Source: Rubrivivax sp. (lineage in GTDB: Bacteria; Pseudomonadota; Gammaproteobacteria; Burkholderiales; Burkholderiaceae_C). From it: a stretch of 64,000 nt of DNA. The notes under the pieces were generated by a model. It was not told the DNA's origin and did not search any database. It worked only from the letters and a program-made list of their open reading frames with translations. The position numbers and the translations under genes are program-made. Location of the stretch: contig JAJAZC010000006.1 of NCBI GenBank assembly GCA_026785885.1, forward strand, positions 463-64,462, in the 5' to 3' direction. How positions within the stretch are numbered: position 1 is the stretch's first letter; the number at the start of each line of letters is the position of its first letter. This document shows, one piece after another, positions 58,306 to 64,000 of the stretch.

Positions 58306-59052
58306 TCAGTTGAACAGCGCCGGCAATGCGCTGATCAACAGCGCTACGCCGGTCAAGGACAGCAGGGCCAACACGACGCTGCGAAACGTCTTTTGGCTGA
58401 TGCCGGCATACAGCCTGGCCCCCAGCAGCACCGGCAGCAGCAGCGCCAGCGCCACCAGTGCCAGTTGCGGCAGCAGCGCGGTGGTGATCAGCCCGGTGAC
58501 CACGTAGCTTGCCAAGGTCAGGCCGAGCATCACGAGGTTGAAGCTCTGGATCACGCCGCGAAGCGTGTCCTTGTCCCAGCCGCGCAGCGTGCACCACAGC
58601 GTCGGCAGCGGGCCAGTGAAGCCGCCGAAAGCGCCGCTGATGCCACCGGCCAGGCCGGCCAGCGCATCGGCGCCACGGCCGCCGAAGCGAATGTGCGGCA
58701 GCCGGCTGGAGACCAGCATCAACGGGCACCACACCGCCAGCAGCAGGCCCACGCCGATGCGGAAGGCCGTGGTGCTGACATGTGGCAACAGCAGCACGCC
58801 GATCGGCAAGCCGCACAGCCCGCCGATCAACAGCGGCGCCAGCAGTGGCCATTGCAGCGGCCGGCGTGTGCTGACTGCAGCGACGGTCTGGCCGATGAAA
58901 GCGCCCGCGACGGCCAAAGCCGCCACGGTTTGCGGCGGCAGAAACCAGATCCAAATCGCTGTCGCCACCAGGCTGAAGGCAAAGCCCGACATGCCTTGCA
59001 CAAAGCCGGCGACAACCGCGCCGATGATGATGATTGCCGCGCCCGAATCCAT
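58306..59052 (-). CDS. TauE/SafE (TSUP) family exporter
   Basis: GAVVAGFVQGMSGFAF, GLPIG, GGFTGPLPTLW; ATG 59052. Confidence 0.9.
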   Translation of the reverse strand: MDSGAAIIIIGAVVAGFVQGMSGFAFSLVATAIWIWFLPPQTVAALAVAGAFIGQTVAAVSTRRPLQWPLLAPLLIGGLCGLPIGVLLLPHVSTTAFRIGVGLLLAVWCPLMLVSSRLPHIRFGGRGADALAGLAGGISGAFGGFTGPLPTLWCTLRGWDKDTLRGVIQSFNLVMLGLTLASYVVTGLITTALLPQLALVALALLLPVLLGARLYAGISQKTFRSVVLALLSLTGVALLISALPALFN

Positions 59053-59091
59053 GGCGCATTGTGTTGGCCCGCTGGCGTACAGTCCGCCGCG

Positions 59092-60453
59092 ATGTCCAGC
59101 AGCCCAGCCCAGACCAACGTTGCCGTGATCGGCGGCGGGCCGGCCGGCTTGATGGCTGCCGAAGTGCTGGCCGAACGCGGTATGGCGGTCGATGTCTACG
59201 ACGCGATGCCGTCGGTTGGCCGCAAGTTTTTGCTGGCCGGCAAGGGCGGCTTGAACCTCACGCACGACGAGCCCTTCGATCGTTTTGTCTCGCGCTACGC
59301 CGAACGTGCGGCGTTCGTGAAGCCGGCGCTCGCGGGCTTCGGCGCCGATGCGCTGCGCGCCTGGGCTGCGGCTTTGGGCGTAACCACGTTCGTCGGCAGC
59401 ACCGGCCGCGTGTTTCCGGTCGACATGAAAGCGGCGCCGCTGCTGCGCCATTGGCTGCACCGACTGCGTCAACGCGGCGTGCGTTTTCACATGCGCCACC
59501 GTTGGCTGGGGTGGGATGAAAGCCGCGATGGCGACGGCGACGGCGACGGCAACGGCGACGGCGACGGCAACGGCAACGGCAACGACAACGGCGACGGCAC
59601 CGGCAACGGCAACGGCACCCGCGACGACCACACCAACGGTTTCGGTGATGGTGAAGCGGTGCTGCACTTTGCGACGCCCACCGGCGTGCAGTCGCTGCGG
59701 CCCGCGGCCACCGTGCTGGCGCTGGGCGGTGCCAGCTGGTCCCGCCTGGGCAGTGACGGAGCCTGGTGGCCGTGGCTGCAGTCGCGCGGTGTCGATCTGG
59801 CGCCGCTGCAACCGGCCAACTGCGGCTTCGATGTCGGTTGGAGCGCGCACCTGCAGCAGCGTTTTGCCGGCGCGCCGCTAAAGGGCGTGGCGCTGGCTTT
59901 TGAAGGCTGGCACCAGGCAGGTGAGTTCGTCGTCACGGCCGGTGGTGTTGAAGGCAGCTTGATCTACGCCGCATCAGCACGCCTGCGTGAACGCATTGCC
60001 TTGGTGGGCCACGCTATGTTCCAACTCGACTTGCTGCCGGCCCGCAGCGCCGCGTGGGTGCAGCAAGAGCTGGCGCACCCGCGGGGCACACGCTCGCTGG
60101 CCACGCACCTGAAGACACGCCCCAACCTGGGCGGTGTGAAGGCGGCGCTGCTGTGGGAAGTCGTCAGCAAAGCCGACCAGGCCGACCCCGCGCGCCTGGC
60201 TGCCTGCATCAAGGCGCTGCCGATCACGCTGCGCGCCGCGCGGCCGATCGATGAAGCCATCAGCACCGCCGGCGGTGTGCGCTTCGAATGCCTGGACGAC
60301 GCGCTGATGCTGCGCGCGCTGCCAGGCGTTTTCTGCGCCGGCGAGATGCTGGACTGGGAGGCGCCGACCGGCGGCTACCTGCTCACCGCTTGTTTCGCAA
60401 GCGGCCGCATTGCAGGGCAGGGCGCAGCCGATTGGTTGCAAAGCCGCCCGTAA
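59092..60453 (+). CDS. HI0933/BaiN-like NAD(P)/FAD flavoprotein (TIGR03862-type)
   Basis: [61 protein letters not shown]. Confidence 0.92.
   Translation: MSSSPAQTNVAVIGGGPAGLMAAEVLAERGMAVDVYDAMPSVGRKFLLAGKGGLNLTHDEPFDRFVSRYAERAAFVKPALAGFGADALRAWAAALGVTTFVGSTGRVFPVDMKAAPLLRHWLHRLRQRGVRFHMRHRWLGWDESRDGDGDGDGNGDGDGNGNGNDNGDGTGNGNGTRDDHTNGFGDGEAVLHFATPTGVQSLRPAATVLALGGASWSRLGSDGAWWPWLQSRGVDLAPLQPANCGFDVGWSAHLQQRFAGAPLKGVALAFEGWHQAGEFVVTAGGVEGSLIYAASARLRERIALVGHAMFQLDLLPARSAAWVQQELAHPRGTRSLATHLKTRPNLGGVKAALLWEVVSKADQADPARLAACIKALPITLRAARPIDEAISTAGGVRFECLDDALMLRALPGVFCAGEMLDWEAPTGGYLLTACFASGRIAGQGAADWLQSRP
59526..59652 (+). repeat. GGCGAC/GGCAAC hexamer array encoding a Gly-Asp/Asn tract
   Basis: [31 protein letters not shown] inserted after HRWLGW. 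Confidence 0.9.
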
Positions 60454-60487
60454 ACTGCGCCGCTTCGCTCTCGACGCACGCACATTC

Positions 60488-62890
<2,403 letters not shown>

Positions 62891-63010
62891 AGCACAGGCT
62901 GCACAGGCGCTGCGGTGCTGCGGGGGTTGAGCCAGGTCGCACCGGACCACCCTGCTTACGGCCCGCGGCTGGTGCTGCAAGCCGGCTGCTGCTGATCCGC
63001 CACCGGCGGT

Positions 63011-63198
63011 TAAACTGCGGCCCGGATTTACGCAACAAGAGCGACAAAGGCAAATTCGGTTATGACACCGCGGACTACGCCGACATTTTTTGCCGAGGTA
63101 TAGCCGGCCGCGCCGTTACGCCATTCGCCCAGTCTTCCCAGACTCTTGCAGACAAAGCGCGGCACTCCCCGCGCTTTGTGCTTTTTAAGGAATCCAAC
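63011..63198 (+). promoter_or_regulatory. thrS promoter/leader with hairpin just upstream of the RBS
   Basis: TAAACT -10-like at 63011; acaaagcgcgg-cactcc-ccgcgctttgt at ~63152-63179; AAGGA RBS. Confidence 0.5.
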
Positions 63199-64000
63199 AT
63201 GCTGAACATCACGCTGCCCGACGGCTCCAGGCGCGAGTTTCCCGGCCCGCTGACGGTGGCCGAAGTCGCAGCGTCCATTGGCTCTGGCCTGGCCAAGGCG
63301 GCGCTGGCCGGCAAGGTTGACGGGCAGCTGGTCGACACCAGCCACCGCATCGATCGCGACGTGCAGCTGGCCATCGTCACCGACAAGGACGCTGAGGGAC
63401 TGGATGTCATTCGCCACAGCACCGCGCACCTGCTGGCCTACGCCGTGAAGTCGCTGTTTCCGGAAGCCCAGGTGACGATCGGCCCGGTTATCGACAACGG
63501 CTTTTATTACGACTTTGCCTACAAGCGGCCCTTCACGCCGGAGGACCTGCAGGCGCTCGAAAGCAAGATGGCCGAGCTTGCCGCCAAGAATGAGCCGGTG
63601 ACGCGCCGTGTGCTGCCGCGCGACGCGGCTGTGGCCCACTTCAAGGCGCTGGGCGAGCACTACAAAGCCGAGATCATCGGCAGCATCCCGCCCGGGGAAG
63701 ATGTCTCGCTGTATGCCGAGGGCGGCTTCGAGGACCTGTGCCGCGGCCCACATGTGCCCAGCACCGGCAAGCTCAGGCACTTCAAGCTGATGAAGGTGGC
63801 CGGTGCCTATTGGCGCGGCGACCAGGCCAATGAGCAACTGCAGCGCATCTACGGCACGGCCTGGGGCAGCAAAGAAGCGCTGCAGCACTACCTGACGATG
63901 CTGGAGGAAGCCGAAAAGCGCGACCACCGCAAGCTCGGGCGCGAACTGGATCTGTTCCACCTGGACGAACACAGTCCTGGCACGGTGTTCTGGCACCCCA
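63199..64000 (+). CDS. thrS: Threonine--tRNA ligase, 5' part (runs off window)
   Basis: Not in the ORF track; [74 protein letters not shown]. Confidence 0.97.
   Translation, partial: MLNITLPDGSRREFPGPLTVAEVAASIGSGLAKAALAGKVDGQLVDTSHRIDRDVQLAIVTDKDAEGLDVIRHSTAHLLAYAVKSLFPEAQVTIGPVIDNGFYYDFAYKRPFTPEDLQALESKMAELAAKNEPVTRRVLPRDAAVAHFKALGEHYKAEIIGSIPPGEDVSLYAEGGFEDLCRGPHVPSTGKLRHFKLMKVAGAYWRGDQANEQLQRIYGTAWGSKEALQHYLTMLEEAEKRDHRKLGRELDLFHLDEHSPGTVFWHP

Noticed and set aside
63045-63120. c-di-GMP-I riboswitch-like GGCAAA...GGAC...TAGC upstream of thrS
   Set aside because: Lacks the GNRA tetraloop, GCAAAGC junction and P3 pairing, and thrS is an unlikely target; an Rfam scan would settle it.
62891-63198. 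tRNA gene upstream of thrS
   Set aside because: No cloverleaf, TTCGA T-loop or CCA end found by eye.

Overview
High-GC (roughly 68-70% by eye) chromosomal segment of a betaproteobacterium. Gene content and order point to Burkholderiales, probably Rubrivivax/Sphaerotilus/Comamonadaceae-like (inference). It is mostly housekeeping: gluQ, FKBP, DEAD-box helicase, lolCE/lolD, recJ, tatD, tctBA, ppiC-bolA-msrB-selO, tex and thrS (partial). A ~20-kb lipid/acyl-CoA catabolic region holds a Liv-type ABC transporter, a bifunctional hydratase/dehydrogenase, thiolase, acyl-CoA dehydrogenase, thioesterases, SDRs and a Tat lipase. I see no rRNA, tRNA, CRISPR array, transposase or prophage. The ORF track misses two real genes that run off the ends: a multi-PAS sensor (<1..1159, -) and thrS (63199..>64000, +). 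The most unusual signals are five. (1) About 20 short, mostly degenerate tandem-duplication arrays; units are multiples of 3 inside genes (recJ twice, vWA, acyl-CoA dehydrogenase, flavoprotein, LysR, PAS sensor) and can be 10, 11 or 13 bp between genes. (2) A ~75-bp palindromic element present once intergenically and once, inverted and in frame, inside livF, adding ~25 aa (Rickettsia-RPE-like behaviour). (3) A 159-bp hairpin MITE with terminal inverted repeats and a TGA target duplication. (4) An orphan GH24 lysozyme converging on a PDZ-less HtrA-MoxR-DUF58-vWA operon. (5) Several decaying genes: an S41 peptidase, DUF1223 and an M20 peptidase lacking its catalytic Glu. No clearly new multi-gene system can be proven from sequence alone. 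All family calls come from motif recognition, not database searches.
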